Assembly (NCBI GenBank): GCA_041746955.1
Contig: JBGTFZ010000112.1
Location: forward strand, 6,092-70,091
Reading direction: 5' to 3'
Length of the DNA stretch: 64,000 bases
DNA from: Bryobacteraceae bacterium
Lineage (GTDB): Bacteria; Acidobacteriota; Terriglobia; Bryobacterales; Bryobacteraceae
Shown here: one piece after another, positions 15,487 through 26,018 of the stretch
Position numbering within the stretch: the first letter of the stretch is position 1
Layout: every line of letters starts with the position of its first letter
Position numbers and translations under genes: made by a program
Notes under the pieces: generated by a model
What the model was told of the DNA's origin: nothing
The model's database searches: none
What the model saw: the letters and a program-made list of their open reading frames with translations, nothing else

Positions 15487-15825
15487 ATGCTGAACCCGCT
15501 GGCCGGACGCCTGACACACTACATGGATTTGCTGGCGACGCGGCAGAAGCTGATCGCCTCCAACGTCGCCAACGCCGACACCCCCGGCTACCAGACCAAG
15601 GACATCGACTTCCAGTTCGAGTTTCTCTCGCTCACCAAGGGAGAGCGCCCGAACGTGGTCGAAGCGTCCGGTCTGGACAATAAGAACGACGGCAACAACG
15701 TCTCCATCGACAGGGAGATGCGTCTGCTTTCGGAGACCGCGATGCGGTTTAACGTCGCCGAATCTATGCTGAAGGGCCAGATCAAGGCCGTTCGCGACGC
15801 GATCCAGGAGGGCAAAGGCGCATGA
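15487..15825 (+). CDS. flgB: Flagellar basal-body rod protein FlgB
   Basis: 112 aa. LIASNVANADTPGYQTKDIDF is the FlgB signature. First gene of the flagellar cluster. Confidence 0.9.
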   Translation: MLNPLAGRLTHYMDLLATRQKLIASNVANADTPGYQTKDIDFQFEFLSLTKGERPNVVEASGLDNKNDGNNVSIDREMRLLSETAMRFNVAESMLKGQIKAVRDAIQEGKGA

Positions 15826-16259
15826 GCCTGTTTCAACTGCTTTCGGTTTCCCATTCCGGGATGGCGGCGCAGCGGCACCGTGCGGAACTGCTGGTCGGCA
15901 ATATCGCCAACGCCGAGACCACGCGTACCGCCGACGGCGGGCCGTACCGGCGCCGCGATGCCGTGTTCGAGAGCCAGTCCCAGTCGTCACCCTTCTCGGC
16001 CGTCTTTCAGACCCAGCTGGACGGGGAGGCGACGGGCGTTTCCGTTTCCGAAATCCGGATTGACGACCGCGATCCGGAGAAGCGCTATGTTCCCGGGCAT
16101 CCCGATGCGGACGACAAGGGCTACGTCGCGTTCCCCCGTCTGAATCCGGCCGAGGAAATGGCAGACCTGATGAACGCAACGCGCGGCTATCAGGCGAACG
16201 TATCGGCGATGGCGGCGATCAAGGACATGATCAACCGCTCCATCGATCTGATGAGGTGA
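15822..16259 (+). CDS. flgC: Flagellar basal-body rod protein FlgC
   Basis: 145 aa. Contains GNIANAETTRT and GYVAFPRLNPAEEMADLMNATRGYQANV. ATGA overlap with flgB. Confidence 0.9.
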   Translation: MSLFQLLSVSHSGMAAQRHRAELLVGNIANAETTRTADGGPYRRRDAVFESQSQSSPFSAVFQTQLDGEATGVSVSEIRIDDRDPEKRYVPGHPDADDKGYVAFPRLNPAEEMADLMNATRGYQANVSAMAAIKDMINRSIDLMR

Positions 16260-16263
16260 CGCG

Positions 16264-16557
16264 ATGACCCCAATCGCACCGATACGCACCCATATCGCGC
16301 CGGTGGAGCTGCCGTCGCTTAACCCCAAGCCCGCCGGCGAATTCTTCTCCGACCACCTAAAGGCAACCATCGATACCGTCGAAAGTCTGGGAAAGACATC
16401 AGCACAAACGGCGGAGCGGTTCCTGAACGGCGAGGGGGAAGAACTGCACAACGTCGCGGTGGCCTCGCAGAAGGCCGCTCTTTCGTTTGAGCTGTTCATG
16501 CAGGTAAGAAACAAGGTTGTCCAGGCGTATCAGGAAGTAATGCGAATGCAGGTGTGA
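16264..16557 (+). CDS. fliE: Flagellar hook-basal body complex protein FliE
   Basis: 97 aa. The C-terminus VRNKVVQAYQEVMRMQV is typical FliE. Confidence 0.85.
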   Translation: MTPIAPIRTHIAPVELPSLNPKPAGEFFSDHLKATIDTVESLGKTSAQTAERFLNGEGEELHNVAVASQKAALSFELFMQVRNKVVQAYQEVMRMQV

Positions 16558-16600
16558 GGAGACGGATTCGCCCCCGTCCGACGTTCCGGCTCAAATACAC

Positions 16601-18295
16601 ATGGATCAGTTTCGAATACTTCTGGAACGGCTGACGCTCCGGCAGAAAATTACACTCGGCGGAACGGCAATCGCCGTTCTGGCGGCGCTCTCCTTCTTCG
16701 TTCGATGGAACGAGCAGCGGGACTATCGTCCGCTCTTCACCGGGCTCTCCGCCGAAGACGCTGGCAAGATTACCAGCCGTCTCCGGGAAAACGCCACCAA
16801 GTTCAAGCTGAACGAGACGGGCGATACCGTGCTGGTTCCGTCCGAACGCGTGGCGGAAACCCGCCTTGAACTGGCCGCCGAAGGCCTGCCCAAGTCGGGC
16901 AGGATGGGGTACGAGCTTTTCGACAAGGTCAATCTGGCGACGACGGATTTTCAGGAGCGGGTGAACTTTCACCGCGCCATTGAGGGCGAGCTGGAGCGGA
17001 GCATCACTTCGTTGCGCGAGGTAGAGTCGGCGCGCGTCCACGTCACTTTCGCCAAGGAATCCGTGTTTATGGAATCGCGCCAGCCCGCCAAGGCCAGCGT
17101 GGTTCTGAAGCTCGCCGGGAACGCCCAACTGGACGCGCAGAACGTAGCGGCCATCTCGCATCTGGCCGCCAGCGCGGTCGAGGGGTTGGAGCCTCAGGCG
17201 GTCAGCATCCTCGACACCCAAGGCCGCTTGCTCAGCCGTCCCCGGAAGCGGGGCCGGCCCGGCGATCCGGAGCCCGACGACGCACAGTTGGAGTTTCGCG
17301 GCAAGCTGGAGCGGGAACTTCTGGCGAAGATCGACAGCACGCTCGAACCGCTGCTGGGACCGGAGCACTTTAGAGTTGGAGTTTCGACGGAGGTCGACTT
17401 TTCGAGCGGCGAGCAGAGCGAGGAGTCCTTCGACCCATCGCGTTCGGTGATGGCAAGCCAGCAACGCACGGAAGACGTTAGCGGTTCGACTGGAGCGTCG
17501 GGTGTGCCCGGCACGCCATCCAGCCTCCCGCGGCCCACGTCGAAACCGGGTGAGAACGGTAAGAATGTCGCGCGGCGAAGCGAGAACATTACCTATCAAT
17601 CGACACGCACAGTCAAGCGCCTGTTGATCCCGCAGGGGTCCCTCAAGCGCGTCTCCCTGTCTGTGCTGATCGATCACGACCTTCGCTGGGAAGGCGCAGG
17701 GGAGAAGGCCAAACGAATCCTGGAGCCACCGTCGGCGGAGAAGCTAAAGAAAATTTCCGACCTGGTGTCGGCGGCTGCCGGGCTGCAGACCCAGCGCGGC
17801 GACCAGATCATGGTGGAGTCGATGCCGTTTGAGGCGACATTGAATGCGCGTCCGCCCGTCGATGGAAACGCTCCCACCGACGCTCCGGCCGCTGGCGGCG
17901 GCTTTGTGTGGCCGGCCTGGATGCCGGCGCCCTTGCGCAATCCTCTCGTTTTCGCGGGTATCGCGGGTGTGATCGTCCTCGGAGCGCTAGTGGCACTGGT
18001 CCTGCGATTCTTCCGGCGGAAGAAGGTCGCAAAAACCGCGGCGCCAACGGCGATCGCAGGCCCGCCGGAAGGCGTATCCGCTGAGTCGAGATCGCTGGAA
18101 GACACGCTGGCCGATCACGAGAAGAAGAAGCTGGAAATGGAAGCCGCCGCCATGAAGGCGCTGAAGCTTCCCGGGCCGGGAGCGAACAAGGGAGACGTTC
18201 TGCAGAAGCAGGTAATGGAGTCGGCCAAAAAGGACCCCGCAGGCATCGCCCAGGTAATTCGAACCTGGCTGCAGGATGACGCCGTAGCTAAATGA
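16601..18295 (+). CDS. fliF: Flagellar M-ring protein FliF
   Basis: 564 aa. It has an N-terminal TM segment, the block RLELAAEGLPKSG...GYELFD, a C-terminal TM segment and a FliG-binding tail. Confidence 0.9.
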   Translation: MDQFRILLERLTLRQKITLGGTAIAVLAALSFFVRWNEQRDYRPLFTGLSAEDAGKITSRLRENATKFKLNETGDTVLVPSERVAETRLELAAEGLPKSGRMGYELFDKVNLATTDFQERVNFHRAIEGELERSITSLREVESARVHVTFAKESVFMESRQPAKASVVLKLAGNAQLDAQNVAAISHLAASAVEGLEPQAVSILDTQGRLLSRPRKRGRPGDPEPDDAQLEFRGKLERELLAKIDSTLEPLLGPEHFRVGVSTEVDFSSGEQSEESFDPSRSVMASQQRTEDVSGSTGASGVPGTPSSLPRPTSKPGENGKNVARRSENITYQSTRTVKRLLIPQGSLKRVSLSVLIDHDLRWEGAGEKAKRILEPPSAEKLKKISDLVSAAAGLQTQRGDQIMVESMPFEATLNARPPVDGNAPTDAPAAGGGFVWPAWMPAPLRNPLVFAGIAGVIVLGALVALVLRFFRRKKVAKTAAPTAIAGPPEGVSAESRSLEDTLADHEKKKLEMEAAAMKALKLPGPGANKGDVLQKQVMESAKKDPAGIAQVIRTWLQDDAVAK

Positions 18296-19320
18296 TCACG
18301 AACTCAGAGAACAAGAACGCCCAGTCCGGAGCGCGGAAGGCGGCGATCTTCCTGATCGCGCTTGGCGAAGAGCTTTCCTCTCAGGTGTTGTCGCACCTGG
18401 AGGAAGACGAAATTCATCGCGTCGGCCAGGAGATCGCGCGATCGCAGACGATTACCACCGACCAGTCCGAGCTGATCGTCGAAGAATTTTACAACATGCT
18501 GGTCGCACGGGATTTCGTGATCCGGGGCGGCGTCGACTATGCGCGCAAAGTGCTTCGCCAGGCGTTCGGACCGGAGCGTGCGGCGCGGATCATTGAAAGA
18601 ATGCTGCGCCAGCTGGGTGGCGAGAATCTCAGCTTCGACATTCTGAAGAAGGCGGACCCTCAACAGCTCGCGAAGTTTATTCACAACGAGCATCCGCAGA
18701 CAATCGCTCTCATTCTGTCGCACCTGCCGCCCCAACAAGCCGCTGGACTGCTGTTCTGGCTTCCGGCGGCCCTGCGCTCCGACGTTTCCTTGCGAATGGC
18801 GCAACTGGATCAGATTTCACCCGAGATTATCGGCAAAATTGCCAACATCGTGGGCATGAAGATCCGGGTCATGGGCGAGGTCAGCCGCGAATCGGCCGGC
18901 GGAATCAAAGCGGTGGCCGAAATGCTGAACCGACTCGATTCGACGACGTCAAAAGAACTGCTGGAGACGCTGGAGGGCGAGGACTCCAAGCTGGTCGAAC
19001 AGATCCGGCATCTGATGTTCGTGTTCGAAGACCTGATGCTGCTGGACCTCAATGGAATCAAGGAGCTTCTGGGGCGCGTGGACCGGAAGATTCTCACCGT
19101 TGGCTTGAAGGGCACCTCCGAAAAGCTCAGGGAACACTTTCTGCAGGCCATGTCGCAGCGCGGCGCGGACATGCTCCGCGAGGACATGGATGCCATGGGC
19201 CCCGTCAAGATCAAGGAAGTGGAGGCGTCGCAGCAGCAGATCATCTCGATTGTCCGGCAGTTGGAGATGGAAGGCCTGGTCAGCATGAAGGGCGCGGTGG
19301 GCGAGCAGTATGTCCTCTAA
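18292..19320 (+). CDS. fliG: Flagellar motor switch protein FliG
   Basis: 342 aa. Contains GARKAAIFLIALGEE, EHPQTIALILSHL, and MFVFEDL followed by ..LKG. Confidence 0.9.
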   Translation: MITNSENKNAQSGARKAAIFLIALGEELSSQVLSHLEEDEIHRVGQEIARSQTITTDQSELIVEEFYNMLVARDFVIRGGVDYARKVLRQAFGPERAARIIERMLRQLGGENLSFDILKKADPQQLAKFIHNEHPQTIALILSHLPPQQAAGLLFWLPAALRSDVSLRMAQLDQISPEIIGKIANIVGMKIRVMGEVSRESAGGIKAVAEMLNRLDSTTSKELLETLEGEDSKLVEQIRHLMFVFEDLMLLDLNGIKELLGRVDRKILTVGLKGTSEKLREHFLQAMSQRGADMLREDMDAMGPVKIKEVEASQQQIISIVRQLEMEGLVSMKGAVGEQYVL

Positions 19321-19963
19321 GATCGTCCCCGGCCGCGGGCGCGGTATTGAGCAGTACACGTGGCGGGCTTTCATTCCCGACCTTCATGGAAATTCCGAAG
19401 GCGGTGGGCCGCTTTCCGGCCCGGGGATGGATGCGCAGCTATCCATGCTCGCCGCCGAGGCGGACCGACAGATGGGCGAAGCGTTCGAGAGGGGCCGCAA
19501 GGAGGGACGCGCCGAAGGGGAACGGGCAATGATGACCCAGTTGGACCCCGTCATCTCGCGCCTTTCAAAAACCATCGCTGAAGTCGCGTCGTCCGGAAGC
19601 GGTCTGCGGCGGCAGGCCGAAGAAGATGTCGTCAAGCTCTCGGTGGCGATCGCCCGGCGGATTCTGAACCGCGAACTGTCCATCGATCCCGACGCGATTA
19701 TGGGTCTCGTCAAATCGGCGCTCGGCAAGATCGAGGCTCGTGAGATACATCGAGTTCTTGCGAACCCGGAGGACGCGCCCCGGATTACCCGGGCGCTCGA
19801 CTCGCTTTCGCTGGTCGAAAAAATCAAGGTATCGGCGGACTCTGCGCTGGAGCGCGGAGCCGTCCTTTTTGAAACGTCCCGTGGCGTGCTCGACGCGTCG
19901 GTCGGCACCCAACTCGACGAGATTGAGCGTGGACTTACAGATCGCATTCGGGGGCGGGGATGA
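19310..19963 (+). CDS. fliH: Flagellar assembly protein FliH
   Basis: 217 aa. Located between fliG and fliI. The Glu/Arg-rich central helix and C-terminal domain fit FliH. The call rests mainly on position. Confidence 0.7.
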   Translation: MSSKIVPGRGRGIEQYTWRAFIPDLHGNSEGGGPLSGPGMDAQLSMLAAEADRQMGEAFERGRKEGRAEGERAMMTQLDPVISRLSKTIAEVASSGSGLRRQAEEDVVKLSVAIARRILNRELSIDPDAIMGLVKSALGKIEAREIHRVLANPEDAPRITRALDSLSLVEKIKVSADSALERGAVLFETSRGVLDASVGTQLDEIERGLTDRIRGRG

Positions 19964-21285
19964 CGGCGCCGGCCTGGAGTGTCGATCCGTACCTCCGCGC
20001 CCTCGACGGGATCGATCCCTTCCGCTGGTCCGGCAGAGTGACGGATCAGGTTGGGCTGCTGATCGAAAGTCTCGGCCCGGCGGCTTCAACCGGCGACTTC
20101 TGCGAAATTCTGATTCCCGGAAAAAACCCGGTTCGGGCCCAGGTGGTCGGCTTTCGAGATGGCCGCGTGCTCTCCATGCCGCTTGAAGACACCGATGGCC
20201 TATCGCTGGGCGCCACCGTCGTGGCCCGTCCGGAGGCGGCGAAAGTTGCCGTCGGACCCGGGTTGCTGGGCCGCGTCATTGATGGCTTCGGACTCCCGGC
20301 CGACGGAGGCCCAAGGTTTACCCCTGAAGCCCACTACGACCTCTACCGGACGCCGCCCGGACCGATGGATCGTGCTCACATCCAGGAGCAACTCGTTACG
20401 GGAATCCGCGCGATCGATGGATTTCTTCCCACCGGCAAAGGGCAGCGGGTTGGCCTCTTCGGAGGCTCGGGTGTGGGAAAAAGCACCCTTGTCGGATCGA
20501 TGGCCAGGAACAGCGATTCCGACGTCAGCGTCATCGCACTGATTGGCGAGCGCAACCGCGAGGTCCGCGCATTTATTGAGCATGAGCTGGGTCCGGAGGG
20601 TCTGGCGAAATCCGTCGTTGTCTGCGCAACCTCGGACCGGCCCGCGCCGCTGAAACTCCGCGCCTGTTTCGTCGCCTTGGCCATTGCCGAATATTTCCGG
20701 GACCAGGGCGGAAACGTGCTGTTGGTGATGGACTCGGTGACGCGTCTCGCCATGGCGCAGCGCGAGATTGGACTGGCCGCCGGGGAGCCGCCTTCGCAAA
20801 AAGGCTACACGCCCAGCGTCTTCAACCTGCTCCCCAAAATCTGCGAGCGCGCGGGAAAGTTTCCTCAAGGCTCCATCACCGGGTTCTTTACGGTTCTTGT
20901 CGAGGGCGACGACTTCAACGAGCCCATCTGCGACGCGGTAAGGTCGATCCTCGACGGCCACATCATGCTGTCGCGGGAACTGGGGCAAGCGGGGCACTAC
21001 CCGGCGATAGACATCCTGCAGTCGGTCAGCCGGTTGGCGGGCACACTCGCCGCACCGGAACAAAAACGGTCGGCCCAGGCGTTGCGCGAGGCCATGGCGG
21101 AGTACGACCGCGCCTCCGATCTGATCAACCTTGGCGCGTATGCGGCAGGCTCAAACCGCAAGATCGACGCCGCGATCCGGGCCCGCGACGACATCAACCA
21201 GTTTCTGCGGCAGGACGCCAATGAGCGGACGGCCTTCGAACAAACCCGGACCAGCATGGATCAACTGGCGGCGATGGTTGGATGA
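19960..21285 (+). CDS. fliI: Flagellum-specific ATPase FliI
   Basis: 441 aa. Walker A GGSGVGKST and Walker B LLVMDSVTR. F1/T3SS-ATPase architecture. Confidence 0.95.
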   Translation: MTAPAWSVDPYLRALDGIDPFRWSGRVTDQVGLLIESLGPAASTGDFCEILIPGKNPVRAQVVGFRDGRVLSMPLEDTDGLSLGATVVARPEAAKVAVGPGLLGRVIDGFGLPADGGPRFTPEAHYDLYRTPPGPMDRAHIQEQLVTGIRAIDGFLPTGKGQRVGLFGGSGVGKSTLVGSMARNSDSDVSVIALIGERNREVRAFIEHELGPEGLAKSVVVCATSDRPAPLKLRACFVALAIAEYFRDQGGNVLLVMDSVTRLAMAQREIGLAAGEPPSQKGYTPSVFNLLPKICERAGKFPQGSITGFFTVLVEGDDFNEPICDAVRSILDGHIMLSRELGQAGHYPAIDILQSVSRLAGTLAAPEQKRSAQALREAMAEYDRASDLINLGAYAAGSNRKIDAAIRARDDINQFLRQDANERTAFEQTRTSMDQLAAMVG

Positions 21286-21716
21286 AACGATTCGAATTCC
21301 GGCTTGCCCGCGCACAGGAAGTCCGGCGCATGCAGGCGGAAGTGGAACGGGAGAAACTACAGCGCCTTCTGGCGGCCGGCGAAACCTATCGCGGCAGGCT
21401 TGCCGCAATCGAAACCGAAAAGACGGCGACGTTCGATCTTCCGCTGACCCATCAGCCGCAGGCGGGAGCGTACCGCCGGCATCTTACGGCCACCGGCGAC
21501 AAGCTCCGTGGGGAACTCAGCCAACTGGAGACGCAGATCCAGGCTCAGCGAATGAAGGTGATCGAATCGGACCGGCGGACGGAACTTCTGGAGCGTCTAC
21601 GGAAGCGACGCTTCGCGGAATGGAGCGCCGGCTTCGCGCGCGAACTGGACGAACTGGCCTCCGACGCCCATCGCGCGCGTTTGCACGCCGCCCGAGCCCG
21701 TGTTGAGAAACGCTAG
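21282..21716 (+). CDS. fliJ: Flagellar export chaperone FliJ
   Basis: 144 aa coiled-coil protein immediately after fliI (ATGA overlap). The call rests on position and composition. Confidence 0.65.
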   Translation: MKRFEFRLARAQEVRRMQAEVEREKLQRLLAAGETYRGRLAAIETEKTATFDLPLTHQPQAGAYRRHLTATGDKLRGELSQLETQIQAQRMKVIESDRRTELLERLRKRRFAEWSAGFARELDELASDAHRARLHAARARVEKR

Positions 21717-23495
21717 GTACTCCGCCGGGTTCTTCGTCAGGCCCGGGAAGCTGGCCACCACCTTCTCTTCGGCGTCCAGGATGGCGTAGAACGGAATGGC
21801 CGCGTTGCCGAACATCTTCTCCTGGTAGGCCTGATTCTCCTCGCTGGCCGCATCCGTGCCATCGGTGTACAGTTCCAGCAGCACGAACCGGCCCAGCGCC
21901 TCGCGAATCTCCGGCCTCGGGAACATGTTGGCCTTCATCCAATGGCAATTCGTGCAGGCGTAGCCCGTGAAGTTGACGAAGATCATCTTGTTTTCGGCAC
22001 GAGCCTTCGCCAACGCACCCGGCAAGTCGTTCTTCAGCCACGCGGACTTCTCAGCAGACCCGGCATTAGCGCCAACACCAAACTGGCCCTCGGCGGGAAG
22101 CGGAACGTAGGCGTCCAACTCGCCCAAGCGGCCTCCAAACATTCCCGGAAGCAAACTGAACGCAAAGATGGCGAACAGCGCCCCGGCCAGGATACGGCCC
22201 GTCCCGGCGGGTTCATCCCTCTTGACGCCTTCCATTGGCAGCAGACCCAGCAGATACATGCCCGGCAGCAGGAAAAGCACGAACCATGCGGCCAGGAAAC
22301 GCTCCCGCGTCAGGAACCCCCACTGCATTACCTGATCGATATTTGCGACGTACTTCAGCGCGGCGGCCAGAATCACAAAACCCATCACCACCTTCACGCG
22401 GGCCAGCCATCCGCCGGAACGCGGCATGCTCTTCAACACGGAGGGGAACAGCGCGAGAAAGAAGAACGGCAGCGCCAGCCCGGTGGCGAACGCCATCATG
22501 CCGAACATCGGCTGCCAGCGGTTCCCGCTGACCGACGCGGCCAGCAGAGTGCCGACGAACGGCCCCACACATGCAAACGCAGTCAATGAAAATGTAAGCC
22601 CCATCAGTAGCGTGCCAGCCGTTCCGCCGGAGCCCGACGCGGAATTCAGCTTCGTCAACAGGCCCGACGGCAGAGTGATCTCGAAAGCGCCGAACATGCT
22701 GAAAGCCAGCGTGATGAAGATCGCCGCGATGAACGCGTTTACCCAGGGATTCGACGCGATCTGCACCACGCCGAACGGACCTAGCGCCGCCGTCAGCGCG
22801 ACCCCCAGAACCGTGAACAGCAGCACGATGCCCAGGCAGAACAAAAACGCCTGCGAGATTTGGCTCGCCCGCGAACGCCCTTCGGACTGTCCCAGGAAAA
22901 ACGACATCGTGATCGGAATCATCGGGAACACGCACGGCGTGAAAATCGCCGCCAATCCGAAGCCAAACGCGATCCAGAGAAACTGCGCCAATCCCTCATC
23001 CTGCGGCGATGGCGCGGGCACGGTAGACGTCGATGGAGCCACCGGAGCCGGGTCGCCCACCTTCAGAAATGTCGATGGCATCGGGGGCACGGCGCCTTGC
23101 ACGATCTCCACCGATTTGCGCTTTGGCGGAAGGCACAGCCGCTCCGTACACGCCTGATAGCGTATGCTGACTTCCGCGCCCGCCGGCACATCGCCTTTGA
23201 TGTAGAAGACGGCCTCGGTCTCAAACGTCTCGGTCTCCACGCCGAAATTCTCGTCCAGCTTCCGGATCGGCGCGGACTGCCAGATTTCGAGATTCTCGAC
23301 ACCCTCGATCTTCGCCGTCGTGGCGATCGGGGGCCGCGGCGTCGTCATCGAGTACAGATGCCACGGTGCGGTAATCGCAGCCGACAGCCGGATGATCTTG
23401 CCATCCGTAACGGCGGACCAGGCAACCGGATCGGGCGTCTTCGATTGCGGGAAGGACGAAAGCGCGCAGACGGCAAGGACCAGTGCGGTGCGCAT
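21597..23495 (-). CDS. DsbD-family protein-disulfide reductase (N-terminal DsbD-like domain, TM core, C-terminal thioredoxin)
   Basis: The start is taken at MRTALVLAV (23495). The TM Cys motifs are FTPCVFPMIP and FACVGPFVG. The C-terminal thioredoxin fold has YACTNCHWM (CxxC). The 3' end overlaps fliJ convergently by 120 nt. Confidence 0.8.
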   Translation of the reverse strand: MRTALVLAVCALSSFPQSKTPDPVAWSAVTDGKIIRLSAAITAPWHLYSMTTPRPPIATTAKIEGVENLEIWQSAPIRKLDENFGVETETFETEAVFYIKGDVPAGAEVSIRYQACTERLCLPPKRKSVEIVQGAVPPMPSTFLKVGDPAPVAPSTSTVPAPSPQDEGLAQFLWIAFGFGLAAIFTPCVFPMIPITMSFFLGQSEGRSRASQISQAFLFCLGIVLLFTVLGVALTAALGPFGVVQIASNPWVNAFIAAIFITLAFSMFGAFEITLPSGLLTKLNSASGSGGTAGTLLMGLTFSLTAFACVGPFVGTLLAASVSGNRWQPMFGMMAFATGLALPFFFLALFPSVLKSMPRSGGWLARVKVVMGFVILAAALKYVANIDQVMQWGFLTRERFLAAWFVLFLLPGMYLLGLLPMEGVKRDEPAGTGRILAGALFAIFAFSLLPGMFGGRLGELDAYVPLPAEGQFGVGANAGSAEKSAWLKNDLPGALAKARAENKMIFVNFTGYACTNCHWMKANMFPRPEIREALGRFVLLELYTDGTDAASEENQAYQEKMFGNAAIPFYAILDAEEKVVASFPGLTKNPAEYLAFLNTGSGGVQTRAMGVGGQFVQFAREAGAPFREASLP

Positions 23496-23505
23496 AACTT
23501 TATTG

Positions 23506-24537
23506 TCAGTCAGCGAAGGCACGGCTGGGTTTGGCGCTGCCGCTCCATTCGGAAAGCTCTTCCTCGATTCGCTGATTGATGCGGCCTTCGGCAAATTCCG
23601 CCGCCACCCGGATCGCATTCTTGATCGCGTTCGCGTTGGAGCGGCCATGGCAAATGATCGTGACGCCTTTGACGCCCAGCAGCGGCGCGCCACCATACTC
23701 GGAGTAATCCATGCGGCGCTTCAAGTCCGCGAATCCGTTTCGAGCAAGCACCGCGCCGATCTGGCGGCTGATCGTCGCCTCCAGCGATTGGCGCAGCATT
23801 TGCTTGATCACGTCGACGATGCCTTCGCTAACCTTCAGCGCCACGTTGCCCACGAAGCCGTCGCAAACCAGCACGTCCGCATACCCGGTGTAGACGTCGC
23901 GCCCTTCCACGTTGCCGATGAAATTGATGGGAAGACTCTTCAACAGGGGAAAGGCCTGGCGGGTAAGTTCGTTGCCCTTGTGTTCCTCTTCGCCGATCGA
24001 AAGAAGTCCGACGCGCGGACGGTCCGTCTGGAAGATCACGCGTGAATAGACTTCGCCCATCACCGCGAACTGCGCCAGCATCTGGGGTGAGCAATCCACG
24101 TTGGCGCCGACGTCAACCAGCACAGCGGGAGAGCCTTTGAGTGTGGGGAATGCCGTTGCGAGAGCGGGCCGCTCGACACCGCGAACCATGCCCTGAACCA
24201 GCTTCGCCGTAGCCATTACGGCTCCGGTGTTGCCGGCGGAGACCATGCCCTGGGCCGTGCCTTCACGCACCAGCCGGCAAGCCACCCGCATGGAGCTGTC
24301 GCGCTTCGTCCGCATAGCTTTCGCGGCGGAGTCCTCCATGGTGACCACTTCCGAGGCGTGATGCACCTCGATCGGCAGATTCCGCGCGCCTTGCTCCCGC
24401 AGCTCCTGATGGATCATGTCTTCCCGTCCCACGAGAATGACGCGAACGTTCAGAGCGCGGACCGCGCGTATCGCACCCTCGACTTCGGACTTGGGGGCAT
24501 GGTCGCCGCCCATAGCGTCGAGAGCGATCGTGATCAT
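23506..24537 (-). CDS. plsX: Phosphate acyltransferase PlsX
   Basis: [15 protein letters not shown]..., CDGFVGNV and HGRSN motifs. The start is chosen just downstream of the rpmF stop. Confidence 0.9.
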   Translation of the reverse strand: MITIALDAMGGDHAPKSEVEGAIRAVRALNVRVILVGREDMIHQELREQGARNLPIEVHHASEVVTMEDSAAKAMRTKRDSSMRVACRLVREGTAQGMVSAGNTGAVMATAKLVQGMVRGVERPALATAFPTLKGSPAVLVDVGANVDCSPQMLAQFAVMGEVYSRVIFQTDRPRVGLLSIGEEEHKGNELTRQAFPLLKSLPINFIGNVEGRDVYTGYADVLVCDGFVGNVALKVSEGIVDVIKQMLRQSLEATISRQIGAVLARNGFADLKRRMDYSEYGGAPLLGVKGVTIICHGRSNANAIKNAIRVAAEFAEGRINQRIEEELSEWSGSAKPSRAFAD

Positions 24538-24547
24538 CCGGGATTGG

Positions 24548-24730
24548 CTACTGGCCGGCGACTTCAACCACTTCGCGCCCCTTGTAGAACCCGCAATAGG
24601 GGCAGGCGCGGTGAGGCATCTTCGGTTCGCGGCAATTCGCGCACTCGGAAATGTTGTAGGCCTTCAGGAAATCATGAGCCCGGCGGGTGGAGGTGCGACG
24701 CTTGGAGTGTCGGCGTTTCGGATTCGGCAT
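24548..24730 (-). CDS. rpmF: 50S ribosomal protein L32
   Basis: 60 aa. [19 protein letters not shown]... plus the zinc ribbon CANC..CPYCG. Confidence 0.9.
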   Translation of the reverse strand: MPNPKRRHSKRRTSTRRAHDFLKAYNISECANCREPKMPHRACPYCGFYKGREVVEVAGQ

Positions 24731-24764
24731 GCTTACGTCCTTCGAAAAATCGTTTCAAACTTGC

Positions 24765-25289
24765 TTACCTGGCGGAGAGCTTGCGGAGGGCCGACCAGCG
24801 TTCATCCACCACATTCACCACGCAGGAGCAATCTTGCCCATTCCGGTTCACGCCGCACACCGGGCACAAGCCCTTGCAATCGGCGCGGCACAAACGCTGC
24901 ATCGGCAGCGCCAGCAGAACCTGCTCCCGCAAAACTTCCTTCAAATCCAGTCCATCGCCGTCGTAGAAAGCGATCTCAACTTCACCGGCCTTTAGCGCAA
25001 CCTCGCCAGCCTCCGGCGTGGACTCCTCGGGCGAGTAATACAGATCAAACTGCCGGCGAATCGGGAAGACCGCCAATTCGAGACATCGTTCGCAGTCCGA
25101 TTCAAGACCGACTTCAAACTCCCCTTGGATGCGAATTTCCTCCACCGATCCAAGTAAATCCGCCCGGCCTTCCACTCGAAGACCCGTTGTCTGCCTCAGT
25201 TCGGTGTCGAAGAAATCGATCTCTCCCGGCGCAAAGGTGAGGTCGAAAACAATCGGCCGAACTTCCATGTCCCTGATATTCAAGAACAT
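24765..25289 (-). CDS. yceD: YceD/DUF177 family protein
   Basis: Conserved position upstream of rpmF-plsX. The C-terminal Cys cluster is CRADCKGLCPVCGVN. The start is taken at MFLNIRD, preceded by GGGAGG. Confidence 0.75.
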   Translation of the reverse strand: MFLNIRDMEVRPIVFDLTFAPGEIDFFDTELRQTTGLRVEGRADLLGSVEEIRIQGEFEVGLESDCERCLELAVFPIRRQFDLYYSPEESTPEAGEVALKAGEVEIAFYDGDGLDLKEVLREQVLLALPMQRLCRADCKGLCPVCGVNRNGQDCSCVVNVVDERWSALRKLSAR

Positions 25290-25391
25290 AAGCACCTCCC
25301 GGCCGGAAACGGGCACACAGCAAGCCCGATCTGCCTCAAAACAGACAGTATAGCCCGGTTCGGACCCGTGAAGCAAAGGCCGCACCTCAAC

Positions 25392-25802
25392 TTACAGGAG
25401 AAGCGCGGCCAAGCCAATCAGCGTGGCAAGCGCCAGCACGACGGCAATAACCAGACTCAGCGGCAGGCGCGGTATCTGAAGATCGTCACCATTGCGGAGC
25501 CGCTCCAGATTCCGCCAATGGGATGCCGCCGCCAGGATGGTCGCGATGGCAGCCAGCACGATCAAAGCGATCCCGAATCGAATAGCGGTTTGATGGTGAA
25601 GTATATTTTCAGGGGAAGGTGACGTTTCACTCACAGACCGGAAGAATCCCACCAGGCCGAAACCGAAACTGCTCATGGTGAGGGCCGTGCGAACCCACGC
25701 CATCGTCGTGCGGTCAAGCGCGAGGTGTGTGCGGAACGCCGCGAAGCCGGTACGGGATTGCGCCAACCCCGTGCGCGGGTCGGCAGCCGAGGGGTCGATC
25801 AT
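25392..25802 (-). CDS. DUF202 (YidH-like) membrane protein
   Basis: 136 aa. LAQSRTGFAAFRTHLALDRTTMAWVRTALT is typical of DUF202. Three TM helices. Confidence 0.65.
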   Translation of the reverse strand: MIDPSAADPRTGLAQSRTGFAAFRTHLALDRTTMAWVRTALTMSSFGFGLVGFFRSVSETSPSPENILHHQTAIRFGIALIVLAAIATILAAASHWRNLERLRNGDDLQIPRLPLSLVIAVVLALATLIGLAALLL

Positions 25803-26018
25803 TCCGACTCAGGATATCGCGAGTGAATCAGGAATCCGGATTGGGTAGAAAGGGTTGCTCCACTTGAGGGAGCGGGGGGGGAAAGGCGGGCGATCTGAGG
25901 TTGAGTGAATCGGGGTACTTGGGGCGGGTCCGGATTCCTTTTTCGCTTGTCCGGAAGGTAATGGGCACGGGAGGAATTGCAGCAGACGGAGCTACCCAAG
26001 CCACTGGAAGCAGGGCGG

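Noticed and set aside
15340-17677. Long minus-strand ORFs (279 aa and 393 aa) antisense to flgB-fliF
   Set aside because: They overlap strongly supported flagellar genes, have Arg/Pro-rich translations and show no start-site signals.
21597-21716. 120-nt convergent overlap between fliJ and the DsbD-like gene, considered as a possible frameshift or mis-assembly
   Set aside because: Both frames stay open with no internal stops, and both proteins look complete before the overlap. It is most simply a pair of non-conserved C-terminal tails, and nothing in the sequence demands a special explanation.
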